This document shows, one piece after another, positions 19,418-29,172 of a stretch of 64,000 bases of DNA; the first letter of the stretch is position 1; every line of letters begins with the position of its first letter. Location: NCBI GenBank assembly GCA_001770775.1, contig MESA01000021.1, positions 17,852 to 81,851 on the forward strand. The letters are read 5' to 3'. The notes below the pieces were generated by a model. That model ran no database searches and had not been told where the DNA came from. It saw only the letters and a list, made by a program, of their open reading frames with translations. Source of the stretch: Burkholderiales bacterium RIFCSPHIGHO2_12_FULL_63_20. Lineage in GTDB: Bacteria; Pseudomonadota; Gammaproteobacteria; Burkholderiales; Burkholderiaceae_C. The position numbers were made by a program, and so were the translations under genes.

Positions 19418-20352
19418 GCCAGCTCGACATCGTGTTGCTGACCGGGATTTCCGGCTCAGGCAAGTCCGTGGCGCTCAATGCGCTGGAAGACGCCGGCTAC
19501 TTCTGCGTCGACAACCTGCCCCCTGAGTTGCTGCGCGGCCTGGTCGACCTGGAAGTACAACGTCCGCCCGAATTGAAGCGCCGAATCGCGGTGGCCATGG
19601 ACGTGCGCAGCGTGCACTCCCTGCCCCACCTCAAGCCAGTGCTCGACACCTTGCGGCAAGAAGGCCTGAAGGTGCGTTCGGTGTTTCTGGATGCCAGCAC
19701 CGACACCCTGGTGCGCCGTTTCTCGGAAACCCGCCGGCCTCACCCTCTGCTGAAACTGCGGCCGCAGCCGCCCGCTGACAAGCCCCGGCGGCGCGCCAGC
19801 GACCAGGACCACGATGTCGTTGAAGAGGCCACCCACGCCCTGATCGACACCATCACCATGGAGCGCGAACTGCTGGGCCCGCTGCGTGAGGTGTCCACCG
19901 TGATCGACACGAGCCTGTTGCGTCCGGCGCAGTTGCGCACCTGGGTGCGTCACATCGTGGGCGCCGAGCCGGCTGGCCTGACCCTGGTGTTCGAGTCCTT
20001 TGCCTACAAGCACGGCGTGCCGATGGACGCCGACTTCGTCTTCGACGTGCGCATGCTGCCCAACCCCTTCTACCTGAAGGAGCTCAAGCCGCTGACCGGT
20101 CGTGATCAACCCGTCATCGACTACCTGGACGCCCAGCCGGAATCGGCCGAGCTGCTCGCGCAGATCGAAGCGTTCTTGCTGCGCTGGCTGCCCACGCTGG
20201 AGAGCGACCAACGCAGCTACGTGACCGTGGCCATGGGCTGCACCGGCGGTCAGCACCGCTCGGTGTATTGCGTGGAGCAGTTGGTCAAGCGCTTTGCGGC
20301 CCGCGGGGTCGTCCTGTCACGTCACCGTGAGCAGGACGCCCGCAGCAGCTGA
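19414..20352 (+). CDS. rapZ: RNase adapter RapZ (YvcJ/YhbJ family)
   Basis: [44 protein letters not shown] and [10 protein letters not shown]; ATGA overlap with recN. Confidence 0.95.
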   Translation: MSQLDIVLLTGISGSGKSVALNALEDAGYFCVDNLPPELLRGLVDLEVQRPPELKRRIAVAMDVRSVHSLPHLKPVLDTLRQEGLKVRSVFLDASTDTLVRRFSETRRPHPLLKLRPQPPADKPRRRASDQDHDVVEEATHALIDTITMERELLGPLREVSTVIDTSLLRPAQLRTWVRHIVGAEPAGLTLVFESFAYKHGVPMDADFVFDVRMLPNPFYLKELKPLTGRDQPVIDYLDAQPESAELLAQIEAFLLRWLPTLESDQRSYVTVAMGCTGGQHRSVYCVEQLVKRFAARGVVLSRHREQDARSS

Positions 20353-20365
20353 TCTGCGGCGCTGA

Positions 20366-21295
20366 TCAGTCCTCTTTGGCGAGGGCGTCGCGCAAAGCGG
20401 TCTTGAGCTGCTCGCCAATTTCCGGCTTGCCCGCAAACGGGTCGGTCGGGTTGCGCGCCTGCATCACGTCTTCCATGCGCACCTGCACCATGCCGATGGC
20501 CTTGGGGTGGGTGTAGACGTAGAACTGATTGGCCTCGATCGCGTTAAACACCAGGGCGGCGGTATCGGTGGCGGTCACCTTGCCGGACGTCACGGCCTTG
20601 GCGCTCATGGCCTGGCCAATCAGCTGGCTGGCCGTGGGCTTGGCATCGGTGCGCAGCTCGGCCGGGCGATTGCGGTGCGACTGGTGAATCCCGGTAGGCA
20701 CGAAATACGGGCACAGCACCGAGGCGTGCACCTGGTCGGTGACGAGGGCCAGATCCTGGTACAGGGTCTCCGACAGACTCACCACGGCGTGCTTGCTGAC
20801 GTTGTAGACGCCCAGGTTGGGCGAGTTCAGCATGCCGGCCATCGATGCGACGTTGACGATGTGCCCCTGGTAGTCTGGGTTCTTGCGGGCCTCGGCCAAC
20901 ATCAGCGGCGTGAAGACACGCACGCCGTGGATGACGCCCCACAGGTTCACGCCCAGCACCCATTCCCAGTCACGGGGGCCGGCTTCCCAGATCAGGCCGC
21001 CATAGGCCACACCGGCGTTGTTGATGACGATGTGAGGCACGCCGAAACGCTCCAGGCAGAGGTCTGCCAAAGCCTGGATGTCCTCGCCACGGGAGACGTC
21101 ACCGCGCAAGGCCGCCACATGGGCGCCAGCAGCGGTCAGCTCGGCCACCACCTTGTCGAGTGCTTCTTGCTGCACATCGGTGAGCACCAGATTGAGGCCC
21201 TTCTGGGCTCCCAGTCGGGCCAGCTCCAGACCAAAGCCGCTGGCGGCGCCGGTGATCACGGCCGTCTGGCCCGGTTGCAGATTCAGATGAGTCAT
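20366..21295 (-). CDS. Short-chain dehydrogenase/reductase
   Basis: TGAASGFG, INNAGV, NVASMAG and YNVSK (YxxxK). Confidence 0.92.
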   Translation of the reverse strand: MTHLNLQPGQTAVITGAASGFGLELARLGAQKGLNLVLTDVQQEALDKVVAELTAAGAHVAALRGDVSRGEDIQALADLCLERFGVPHIVINNAGVAYGGLIWEAGPRDWEWVLGVNLWGVIHGVRVFTPLMLAEARKNPDYQGHIVNVASMAGMLNSPNLGVYNVSKHAVVSLSETLYQDLALVTDQVHASVLCPYFVPTGIHQSHRNRPAELRTDAKPTASQLIGQAMSAKAVTSGKVTATDTAALVFNAIEANQFYVYTHPKAIGMVQVRMEDVMQARNPTDPFAGKPEIGEQLKTALRDALAKED

Positions 21296-21321
21296 GCTGT
21301 GTGTGCTCCTTGTTTGAATGT

Positions 21322-22350
21322 TCAGATCAGTTTGACCAGTTGTTTGCCAAAGTTCTTGCCCTTGAGCAGGCCCAGGAAGGCCTCGGGCGCGCTGGCAATG
21401 CCTTGCGCCACCGACTCACGGAACTTCATTTTTCCGATTGCCACCATGGTGCCCAATTCCTGCACGGCATCGGGCCACACTTCGGGGTGTTCGCTCACAA
21501 TAAAGCCCTCGACTTTGAGGCGATTGACCAGGATCAGGGCCGGGTTCTGCATCGGGGTGGGCTCACCGTTGTAGCCAGCGATCATTCCGCACATGGCGAT
21601 GCGGCCAAAGGCGTTCATGCGCAGCAGCACCGCATCCAGGATCATGCCGCCCACGTTCTCGAAGTAGCCGTCAATGCCGTTGGGCGTCGCGTCCTTGAGG
21701 GCCTTGTAGAAGCTCTTGGGGTCGGGGTTGGCCTTGTAGTCCACGCAGGCATCAAAGCCCAGTTCCTTGACCACGTAGTCGCACTTGTCGGCACCGCCGG
21801 CCACGCCCACCACACGGCAGCCGCGCGCCTTGGCCAACTGGCCCACCACGCTGCCCACGGCGCCGCTGGCGGCACTGACCACCACGGTTTCACCGGCCTT
21901 GGGCGCGATGATCTTGACCAGGCCATACCAGCCAGTCACGCCCGGCATGCCCACCGAGCCCAGGTAGGCCGACAGCGGGATGTGGGTGGTGTCCACCTTG
22001 GTGAGCGCGCCACGCTGGGTGGCGTCGACGACGCTGTGGGTCTGCCAGCCGCCCATGCCCACCACCTTGTCGCCGACGGCGAACTTGGGATGCTTGCTGA
22101 TCAGCACCTCGCCCACCGTGCCGCCCAGCATCACGGTGTTGAGCGGCTGAGGCTCGGCGTAGCTCTTGCTGTCGTTCATGCGGCCGCGCATGTAGGGATC
22201 GAGCGAGAGGTAGTGGTGGCGCACCAGCACCTGGCCTTCGCTCAATTCATCCGCCGAGGGCAGCGGGCTCTGCACCAGCTTGAAGTTATCGACACTGGCT
22301 TCGCCCTGGGGCCGGGAGGCCAGCAGGATCTGTTCGTTGACTTGGCTCAT
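21322..22350 (-). CDS. NADP-dependent oxidoreductase (CurA/prostaglandin reductase family)
   Basis: YLSLDPYMRGRM, GMPGVTGWYG, SAASGAVGSVVGQLAK, YFENVGG and GKNFGKQLV. Confidence 0.93.
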   Translation of the reverse strand: MSQVNEQILLASRPQGEASVDNFKLVQSPLPSADELSEGQVLVRHHYLSLDPYMRGRMNDSKSYAEPQPLNTVMLGGTVGEVLISKHPKFAVGDKVVGMGGWQTHSVVDATQRGALTKVDTTHIPLSAYLGSVGMPGVTGWYGLVKIIAPKAGETVVVSAASGAVGSVVGQLAKARGCRVVGVAGGADKCDYVVKELGFDACVDYKANPDPKSFYKALKDATPNGIDGYFENVGGMILDAVLLRMNAFGRIAMCGMIAGYNGEPTPMQNPALILVNRLKVEGFIVSEHPEVWPDAVQELGTMVAIGKMKFRESVAQGIASAPEAFLGLLKGKNFGKQLVKLI

Positions 22351-22380
22351 GGGACGGACCTTTCTTGGGTGGGTGTCACA

Positions 22381-22845
22381 TCAATCGGAACCGGGGCCTT
22401 GCAGATGAGGCTCATCAGGTGAGCCGGCTGCTGGCCGGGATTTGGGGATGTCGCGCAGGTACTTGAACGTGCCGGTGGCGTGGGCGCAAAGCCGGTCGTG
22501 TTCGTCGAAGACCTTGCCCTCGCAGAACACCAGTGTGGCCGTGCTGTGCAGCACGCTGCCCACCGCCCGGATGCGCCCGATGCCCGGACGGGTGAAGCTG
22601 GTCTTCATCTCGATGGTGACCGCGCCGGGGCTTTGCCCCTGGGCATCCAGGCGCAGGCTGCGGGCCGCGTGCGCCATGGCCACGTCGAGCAGGGTCATCA
22701 TCAGGCCGCCATGGGCGACGCCGAAGGAGTTGGTGTGGTTCTCGTTGAGCGTGAGCGAGACCTCGGCGTGCCCGCCGTCAAAACGCTGCAGCTCGCACCC
22801 GATGCCTTCGACGAAAGGAATGCGGAAAGCAAAAGGAATGGCCAT
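22381..22845 (-). CDS. PaaI family hot-dog thioesterase
   Basis: NSFGVAHGGLMMTLLDVAM motif and TIEMKTSF. Confidence 0.88.
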   Translation of the reverse strand: MAIPFAFRIPFVEGIGCELQRFDGGHAEVSLTLNENHTNSFGVAHGGLMMTLLDVAMAHAARSLRLDAQGQSPGAVTIEMKTSFTRPGIGRIRAVGSVLHSTATLVFCEGKVFDEHDRLCAHATGTFKYLRDIPKSRPAAGSPDEPHLQGPGSD

Positions 22846-22863
22846 GTCCGGCGCGCTTTCAGG

Positions 22864-23658
22864 TCAGCCCACGAGGGCGCTGACGCCCCCGTCCACCGCC
22901 AGGATCTGGCCGGTGATGTGTTTGCCGGCGTCGGAGGCAAACAGCAACGCGGCCCCCTTCAGGTCTTCGTCGTCGCCCAGGCGCAGCAGCGGAGCATGGC
23001 TGGCCATGTTGTCCTCACCGACCGCGCCGATCAGGCCGGCGGTCATCTTGCTGGGGAAAAAGCCGGGGGCGATGGCGTTGACACGGATGCCCAGGTGACC
23101 CCATTCACAGGCCAGGGCGCGGGTGAAGTTGACCACCGCACCCTTGCTGGTGTTGTAGGCGATGGTCTGCATGAAGGCGGGGTTGCCGCCCAGGCCCGCA
23201 ATGGAGGCCACGTTGATGATGCGGCCTTGCTTGCGCGGGATCATGCTGGCCTTGGCAATGGCCTGCGACAGCAGGAAGTAGCCGCGCACGTTCAGGTTCA
23301 TCACCTTGTCCCAGGCGTCCAGCGGGTGGTCTTGTGCGGGCGAGCCCCAGGTGGCACCGGCGTTGTTGACGAGGATGTCCACATCGCCCACGCGCTCCAG
23401 GGTTTCGTCGGCCAGGCGCTGGATGTCGTCGGGCTTGCCGGCATCCGCGGCAATCCAGCGGGCGTCAATGCCACGGTCTTGCAGGGCCATCACGGCCTCC
23501 TCCAGGTCTGCCGCCTTGCGCGAGCTGATGACCACCTTGGCACCGGCTTCGCCGAGCGCCTGCGCCATCTGCAGGCCCAGGCCGCGTGAGCCGCCGGTGA
23601 TGAGGGCCTTCTTGCCCGTGAGGTCGAACAGGTTCTGGATGGTGCGGGCTTCGCTCAT
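22864..23658 (-). CDS. Short-chain dehydrogenase/reductase
   Basis: TGGSRGLG, LVNNAG, YNTSK and VNAIAPGFFPS. Confidence 0.92.
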   Translation of the reverse strand: MSEARTIQNLFDLTGKKALITGGSRGLGLQMAQALGEAGAKVVISSRKAADLEEAVMALQDRGIDARWIAADAGKPDDIQRLADETLERVGDVDILVNNAGATWGSPAQDHPLDAWDKVMNLNVRGYFLLSQAIAKASMIPRKQGRIINVASIAGLGGNPAFMQTIAYNTSKGAVVNFTRALACEWGHLGIRVNAIAPGFFPSKMTAGLIGAVGEDNMASHAPLLRLGDDEDLKGAALLFASDAGKHITGQILAVDGGVSALVG

Positions 23659-23693
23659 GGACTGTCTTTCAGTGAGAGGTGTCGATCGTGTGT

Positions 23694-23975
23694 TCAGCAG
23701 AGGTAGTCGAGCACCTGGCGGCCCGATGCCATCTCGCGGATCTGGGCGACCACGCCCTGGTGGTGAGGATGAGGTTGATAGGCGGCCAGCGCGGGCGCGT
23801 CTTCAAAGGTGGAGACCAGCACGACGTCGGCCGTGGCTTCCAGACCCTCGGTCTTGATGCCCACCTCGAACTCGCGGATGCCGGGGACGATGTCCTTGCA
23901 GCTGTCCAGCAAAGCCTTGACCTTGGGCGCGTTGGCCGGGTCCTTGAGGGTGAACAGAACGATGTGCTTGATCAT
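23694..23975 (-). CDS. Dabb (stress-responsive A/B barrel) family protein
   Basis: MIKHIVLFTLK start, DVVLVSTF, AYQPHPHHQ and DY near the C-terminus. Confidence 0.85.
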   Translation of the reverse strand: MIKHIVLFTLKDPANAPKVKALLDSCKDIVPGIREFEVGIKTEGLEATADVVLVSTFEDAPALAAYQPHPHHQGVVAQIREMASGRQVLDYLC

Positions 23976-24017
23976 GATGGGGTTCTTTCGTGTGCGATGC
24001 GCGGCCGGTGTGGTGGC

Positions 24018-25895
24018 TCAGAACCAGTCGGACTGAGCCTGGGCACAGGTCAGGTCACGGCGCGAGACCACGCCCAGCCACGCATCGATCTTGGGCAACT
24101 CGTAAGCAAAGAAGTAGTCTGCCGCAGCGCGCTTGCCCTGCAGGAAGCCGGCGCCCAGAGGCCCTTGGTCCCATGTGCCCTTGGCTTGGGCGGCCTGCGC
24201 CGCGATGGCCAGCTCCAGCCAGATCCAGGCCAGCACGGTATGACCGAAGGCCTGCAGGTAAGGCGTGGCGTTGGCCAGCGCCTCTTCCGGCACGCCGGTG
24301 GACCACGCCGCTTGGGTGGCCGCGCCCACCTTTTGCAGCGCGCCGGCCAGGGCATTGGCATGCAGCGCCAGCCCCTCGATGTGGCCGGCTTTCTGGATGG
24401 TTTCGCTGATGCGCTCGGCCAGCACGGCCAGGGCCTTGCCGCCATTCATCACCACCTTGCGGCCCAGCAGGTCCATGCCCTGGATGCCGTGGGTGCCTTC
24501 GTGGATCATGTTGAGGCGGTTGTCACGCCAGTATTGCTCGACGGGGAAGTCGCGGGTGTAGCCTGCGCCGCCCAGCACCTGGATGGCCTGGCTGTTGGCC
24601 TCCAGCGCCCATTCGCTGGGCCAGCTCTTGGCAATCGGAGTCAGCAGCTCCAGCAGCAGGTGCGCCTTCTCGGCTTCGGCTTCGGAGCCGGTCTGCTCGT
24701 CGTCCACCAATTGCGCGCACAGCAGGCCCAGGGCCAGGCCGCCTTCGACCACGCTCTTTTGCATCATCAGCATGCGCTTGACGTCGCTGTGCTGGATGAT
24801 CGGAATCTGCGGACTGCTCGCGTCTTTGCCGGCGGCCGTCATGGCGCGGCCTTGCGGGCGATCCTTGGCATAGGCCAGCGAGGCTTCATAGCCGGCATAG
24901 CCCAGCATGGTCGCGCCCAGACCCACGCCAATGCGGGCCTCGTTCATCAGTGTGAACATGCACTTGAGGCCTTCACCGGGCTTGCCGATGAGGTAGCCCA
25001 CGGCACCGGCCTGGCCGTGTACCGGGAACTTGCCCTCGCCAAAGTTCAGCAGCGTGTTGACGGTGCCCCGGTAGCCACACTTGTGGTTCAGGCCCGCCAG
25101 CGAGACGTCGTTGCGTTGGTCGGTGATGGTGCCATCGGCCTGCACCAGCTTGCGCGGCACGATGAAGAGCGAAATGCCTTTGACACCGGGGATGGTCTTG
25201 CCGTCTTCACCGGGGATCTTGGCCAGCACCAGGTGCACGATGTTCTCGCCCATCTCGTGCTCACCGCCCGAGATCCACATCTTGTTGCCCTTGAGGCGAA
25301 AGCGCGGGCCCAGCGGGTCTTGCTGCCAAGGCGCAGCGCCGTGGGCTTCGCTGCCCGTGTCGGGCACGGCCTTGGTGGCGATGTCCGACAGACTGGAGCC
25401 GGCCTGCGGCTCGCTCAGGCACATGGTGCCGAAGGTGCGGCCTTCCAGTCCGGGCTTGGCAAACACCTCGACTTGCTGGGGGGTGCCGTGCGCCAGGATG
25501 GTGTTGGCATTGCCGCGCGTCAGCATGGGGTAGCCGCCCAAGGCCACGCTGGCCTTGAAGAAGAAGCTCATCGCCGCCATTTCCACCACGGTGGGCAACT
25601 GCATGCCACCCACATCGGCATCTTTGGCGGCGGCCATCAGGCCCGAGTCGATGAAGGCCTTCAAGGCCTTCGGGGTCTCGGCCGGCAGGTGCACGCGCTC
25701 ACCGTCGAACTCGGGCTCTTGCAGGTCGGTCAGGCGGTTGATGGGGGCGAACTGCTCGGTGGCGATCTTCTCGCCCAGGTCCAGCACCGCATCGAAGGTG
25801 TCGCGGCTGTGCTCGGCGTGGCGGGGGCGCTCGCACAGGGCATCGGCTTTCAGCCAGTCATAGAGCAGGAAGTCGAGGGTGGCACGTTGGGTCAT
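24018..25895 (-). CDS. Acyl-CoA dehydrogenase
   Basis: GTMCLSEPQAGSSL, GNKMWISGG, MNEARIG, QVLGGAGYT and RLNMIHEGTHGIQ. Confidence 0.95.
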   Translation of the reverse strand: MTQRATLDFLLYDWLKADALCERPRHAEHSRDTFDAVLDLGEKIATEQFAPINRLTDLQEPEFDGERVHLPAETPKALKAFIDSGLMAAAKDADVGGMQLPTVVEMAAMSFFFKASVALGGYPMLTRGNANTILAHGTPQQVEVFAKPGLEGRTFGTMCLSEPQAGSSLSDIATKAVPDTGSEAHGAAPWQQDPLGPRFRLKGNKMWISGGEHEMGENIVHLVLAKIPGEDGKTIPGVKGISLFIVPRKLVQADGTITDQRNDVSLAGLNHKCGYRGTVNTLLNFGEGKFPVHGQAGAVGYLIGKPGEGLKCMFTLMNEARIGVGLGATMLGYAGYEASLAYAKDRPQGRAMTAAGKDASSPQIPIIQHSDVKRMLMMQKSVVEGGLALGLLCAQLVDDEQTGSEAEAEKAHLLLELLTPIAKSWPSEWALEANSQAIQVLGGAGYTRDFPVEQYWRDNRLNMIHEGTHGIQGMDLLGRKVVMNGGKALAVLAERISETIQKAGHIEGLALHANALAGALQKVGAATQAAWSTGVPEEALANATPYLQAFGHTVLAWIWLELAIAAQAAQAKGTWDQGPLGAGFLQGKRAAADYFFAYELPKIDAWLGVVSRRDLTCAQAQSDWF

Positions 25896-25972
25896 GATGG
25901 AATGCGGTTGAGTTCAGGCCGCGTGGCCTGGGGACAAATCACAAGACGTGGCAAAGGCTCAAGTCGTGCGCC

Positions 25973-26752
25973 TCAGCGCCCCTTGAACACGGCCTCGCGA
26001 CGCTGCATGAATGAGGCCACGCCTTCGGCGGCATCCTCGCTTTGCATCACGGGCACCATGTCCACAAACAGATGGCGGGCGGCTTCGGCTTCGCCTTCGT
26101 TCCAGGCCATGCGGGTGGACTTGAGCACGCCCTGCACGCCCAGCGGTGCGGCCTTGGCAATCTGCATGGCAATCTCGCGGGCCTTGTTGAGTTGCTCACC
26201 GGGGGGCACCACCTCCTGAACCAGGCCGGTGCGCAGGGCTTCCTCGGCATACCAGAACTCGCCCGTCAGCAGGTAACGGTGCGCTGCGCCCCAGCCCATC
26301 TGGCGCGGCAGGCGCAAGGTGGCACCACCACAGGGGAAGATGCCGCGCTTGACTTCCAGCATGGCAAAGCGCGTGTCCGAGGCCGCCACGCGGATCTCGG
26401 TGTTGAGCATGATCTCCACGCCCCAGGTGAAGCAGTTGCCCTGCACGGCCATCACCACCGGCTTGGTGTGGCGCTGGGCCTGCAGGCCGAAGGGGTCGAT
26501 CTCGCCCTCGCCCACTTCAAAGCCCTTGCCATTGCCAAAGATGGGGGCCCACTTGTCCAGCTCGACGCCGGAGCTGAAATGCGCACCCTCGCCGTACAGC
26601 AGGCCCACGCGCAACTCGGGGTTGCGGCTGAGTTCGCCATAGGCACGCGCCAGGTCACGGTACATCTCGGGCGAGAGGGCGTTGTGCTTCTCGGGCCGGT
26701 TGACCTTGATCTCCAGGATGTGGCCGTTCTGATGGGTTTCGATGTGGGACAT
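25973..26752 (-). CDS. Enoyl-CoA hydratase/crotonase family protein
   Basis: NRPEKHNAL, FSSGVEL, KPVVMAVQG, WGVEI and FAMLEVKRGI (both catalytic Glu positions present). Confidence 0.9.
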   Translation of the reverse strand: MSHIETHQNGHILEIKVNRPEKHNALSPEMYRDLARAYGELSRNPELRVGLLYGEGAHFSSGVELDKWAPIFGNGKGFEVGEGEIDPFGLQAQRHTKPVVMAVQGNCFTWGVEIMLNTEIRVAASDTRFAMLEVKRGIFPCGGATLRLPRQMGWGAAHRYLLTGEFWYAEEALRTGLVQEVVPPGEQLNKAREIAMQIAKAAPLGVQGVLKSTRMAWNEGEAEAARHLFVDMVPVMQSEDAAEGVASFMQRREAVFKGR

Positions 26753-26782
26753 GTCAGGCACCTTTTCGTCACGGGGTCGATC

Positions 26783-26818
26783 AAAAAGGGTCTGCAAGAC
26801 ACGCACCTTGCAGACCCT
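26783..26818 (-). terminator. Intrinsic terminator after the fadB-like gene
   Basis: Perfect 12-bp stem AGGGTCTGCAAG/CTTGCAGACCCT with an 8-nt loop, followed by a T-run on the minus strand. Confidence 0.85.
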
Positions 26819-26860
26819 CAGGGTGTGGCAACTCAATCAGCCATGCGCGGTGTGGGCCGC

Positions 26861-28963
26861 TCAGGCCTGGCCAGTGAAGGTCTTGCCTTCGGACACCAGT
26901 CGGGCCAGCCGCGGCGCCGGTGTCCAGAAGGCCTGATCGGCCCCGGGCAACGCCTGGAAGCCCTTCATCAGCTCGACCACCTTGGGCAGGCCCAGCAGGT
27001 CGGCATACAGCATCGGGCCACCCCAGACCAATGGGAAGCCGTAACCGGTCAGGTAGACCATGTCGATGTCAGAGGCCTTGGAGGCAATGCCGTCTTCCAG
27101 AATCTGGGCGCCTTCGTTGACCATGGCCAGCACCAGGCGGTTGACGATCTCTTCGTCGCTGATCGCGCGTGGCGTGATGCCCTTCTCCAGACGCACCTTG
27201 TCGATGCAGGCTTGCACTTCGGGCGAGGGGATCGGGTCGCGCTTGCCGGTTTCGTAGTCGTACCAGCCCTTGCCCACCTTCTGGCCAAAGCGGCCCAGCT
27301 CACAAATGGCATCGCCCACCGGGCTGTAGACCACATCGGACTGCTCGACGCGACGGCGCTTGCGGATGGCAAAGCCGATGTCGTTGCCGGCCAAGTCGCC
27401 CACGCGGAAGGGGCCCATGGCAAAGCCGAAGGCTTCGGCCGCCTTGTCCACCTGGGGCACGGTGGCGCCCTCTTCCACCAGCTGGAAGCTCTGGCGCACG
27501 TACTGCTCGAACATGCGGTTGCCGATGAAGCCATCGCACACACCCGAGACCACGGCGACCTTCTTGATCTTCTTGGCCACCTGCATGACCGTGGCCATCA
27601 CATCCTTGGCGGTGTGCTTGCTGCGCACCACTTCCAGCAGGCGCATCACGTTGGCCGGGCTGAAGAAGTGCAGACCCACCACGTCTTGCGGACGCTTGGT
27701 CACTTCGGCAATCTTGTCCACGTCCAGCGTCGAAGTGTTGGAGGCCAGGATGGCACCGGTCTTCATCACCGCGTCCAGCTTGGTGAAGACCTGGGCTTTC
27801 ACCTCCATGTTCTCGAACACGGCCTCGATGACCATGTCGGCCTGGGCGATGTCGTCGTAGCTCAGGGTCGTGCTCAGCAGGCTCATGCGCTGCTCGTACT
27901 TGTCCTGGGCCAGCTTGCCCTTGGCCACCTGGGCTTCGTAGTTCTTGCGGATCACACCCACGCCACGGTCGATGGCCTCTTGCTTCATCTCCAGCAGCTT
28001 CACCGGGATGCCGGCGTTGAGGAAGCACATGGTGATGCCGCCGCCCATGGTGCCCGCGCCGATCACGGCCACGTTCTTCACCTCACGGGTCGGGGTGTTG
28101 TCGGGCACATCGGGGATCTTGCTGGCGGCGCGCTCACCAAAGAAGGCGTGCTGCATGGCCTTGGCCTGCGGACCGACCATGATGGTCTTGAAAATCTCCA
28201 GCTCCTTGCGGATGCCGGTGTCGATGTCATCGCGGGTGGCGATCTCGACGGCGTCGATGCAGCGCTGGGGCGAGACCAGGCCACGGCGGGCCTTGGCCAT
28301 GTCGGCGCGGGCCTTCTCGAACAGGCCGGCATCGCTGACCACCGGTGCGGAGAGGTCGCGCACACGCGGCAGGGGGCGCACGGCGGCCACGTCCAGCGCA
28401 AAGGCCTTGGCACCCGCGAGGAGGTCACCCTCGATCAGCTTGGCAATCAATTGCTGGCCGGGCACCTGGGCCAGTTTGTCGCTGGGCACCGAGGCACCGC
28501 TGGTCACCATCTGCAGGGCCATCTCGACGGGCAAGACGCGCGGCAAGCGCTGCGTGCCGCCGCCACCAGGGATCAGGCCGATGTTCACCTCGGGCAGGGC
28601 CACTTGCACGCCCGGCGTCATCACACGGTAGTGGCAACCCAGCGCCAGCTCCAGGCCACCGCCCATCACGACACCATGGATGGCGGCTACGACCGGCTTG
28701 CTGCAAGCCTCGATGGCGGCAATGACGGCATGCAGACCTGGCTCGGCAAATGCCACCGGCGAGGCGAACTCGCGGATGTCGGCACCACCGCAGAACACCT
28801 TGCCCCCGCCAATGATCACCACCGCCTGCACGCTGGCCTCGGCCTGCGCCTGCTGGAGACCCTCAAAAATGCCGGTACGGGTGCTGTGGCCCAGACCGTT
28901 GACGGGTGGGTTGTTCAGGGTGATGACGGCGACGCCGTCGGTGACTTCGTAGGTGGTGCTCAT
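26861..28963 (-). CDS. fadB: Bifunctional enoyl-CoA hydratase / 3-hydroxyacyl-CoA dehydrogenase (FadB/PimF type)
   Basis: [76 protein letters not shown] and GFIGNR. Confidence 0.95.
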   Translation of the reverse strand: MSTTYEVTDGVAVITLNNPPVNGLGHSTRTGIFEGLQQAQAEASVQAVVIIGGGKVFCGGADIREFASPVAFAEPGLHAVIAAIEACSKPVVAAIHGVVMGGGLELALGCHYRVMTPGVQVALPEVNIGLIPGGGGTQRLPRVLPVEMALQMVTSGASVPSDKLAQVPGQQLIAKLIEGDLLAGAKAFALDVAAVRPLPRVRDLSAPVVSDAGLFEKARADMAKARRGLVSPQRCIDAVEIATRDDIDTGIRKELEIFKTIMVGPQAKAMQHAFFGERAASKIPDVPDNTPTREVKNVAVIGAGTMGGGITMCFLNAGIPVKLLEMKQEAIDRGVGVIRKNYEAQVAKGKLAQDKYEQRMSLLSTTLSYDDIAQADMVIEAVFENMEVKAQVFTKLDAVMKTGAILASNTSTLDVDKIAEVTKRPQDVVGLHFFSPANVMRLLEVVRSKHTAKDVMATVMQVAKKIKKVAVVSGVCDGFIGNRMFEQYVRQSFQLVEEGATVPQVDKAAEAFGFAMGPFRVGDLAGNDIGFAIRKRRRVEQSDVVYSPVGDAICELGRFGQKVGKGWYDYETGKRDPIPSPEVQACIDKVRLEKGITPRAISDEEIVNRLVLAMVNEGAQILEDGIASKASDIDMVYLTGYGFPLVWGGPMLYADLLGLPKVVELMKGFQALPGADQAFWTPAPRLARLVSEGKTFTGQA

Positions 28964-29050
28964 GGCAATCTCGGGACGTTGATAGACGGGCTGGCCGTGC
29001 ACCCCCCCGCGAAAGCGGGTCTTGGCGCAGGCCAGCGACCAGACAACTCA

Positions 29051-29074
29051 TTCTGACAAGAGTTCTTGTAAGAA
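29051..29074. promoter_or_regulatory. Operator-like palindrome upstream of the fadB-like gene
   Basis: TTCTGACAAGA-GT-TCTTGTAAGAA: 11-bp arms matching at 10 of 11 positions, AT-rich in a GC-rich genome. Confidence 0.6.
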
Positions 29075-29172
29075 TATCCGAAGATTGTGGCAGAGCTTGT
29101 GCCCCCTCATGTACAAACCGAGGGAAACTCCTGACGCACAAAGTCTGCAAATTCCGCCACGCAGACCCGCAA

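Noticed and set aside
11305-25954. Shared 12-mer AGACGTGGCAAA in two intergenic regions (about 11305 and about 25944)
   Set aside because: Hundreds of 12-bp matches are expected by chance in 64 kb, and the flanks do not extend the match.
23679-26219. 846-aa plus-strand ORF, plus similar long antisense ORFs (9339-11231, 31826-34081, 34546-36288, 51650-53695, 17462-19336)
   Set aside because: Same shadow-ORF artefact; each lies opposite clearly identified genes.
26042-29056. 1004-aa plus-strand ORF antisense to the fadB-like and hydratase genes
   Set aside because: Shadow ORF: GC-rich codon bias removes stops on the opposite strand. No recognisable motifs, and it fully overlaps well-supported genes.
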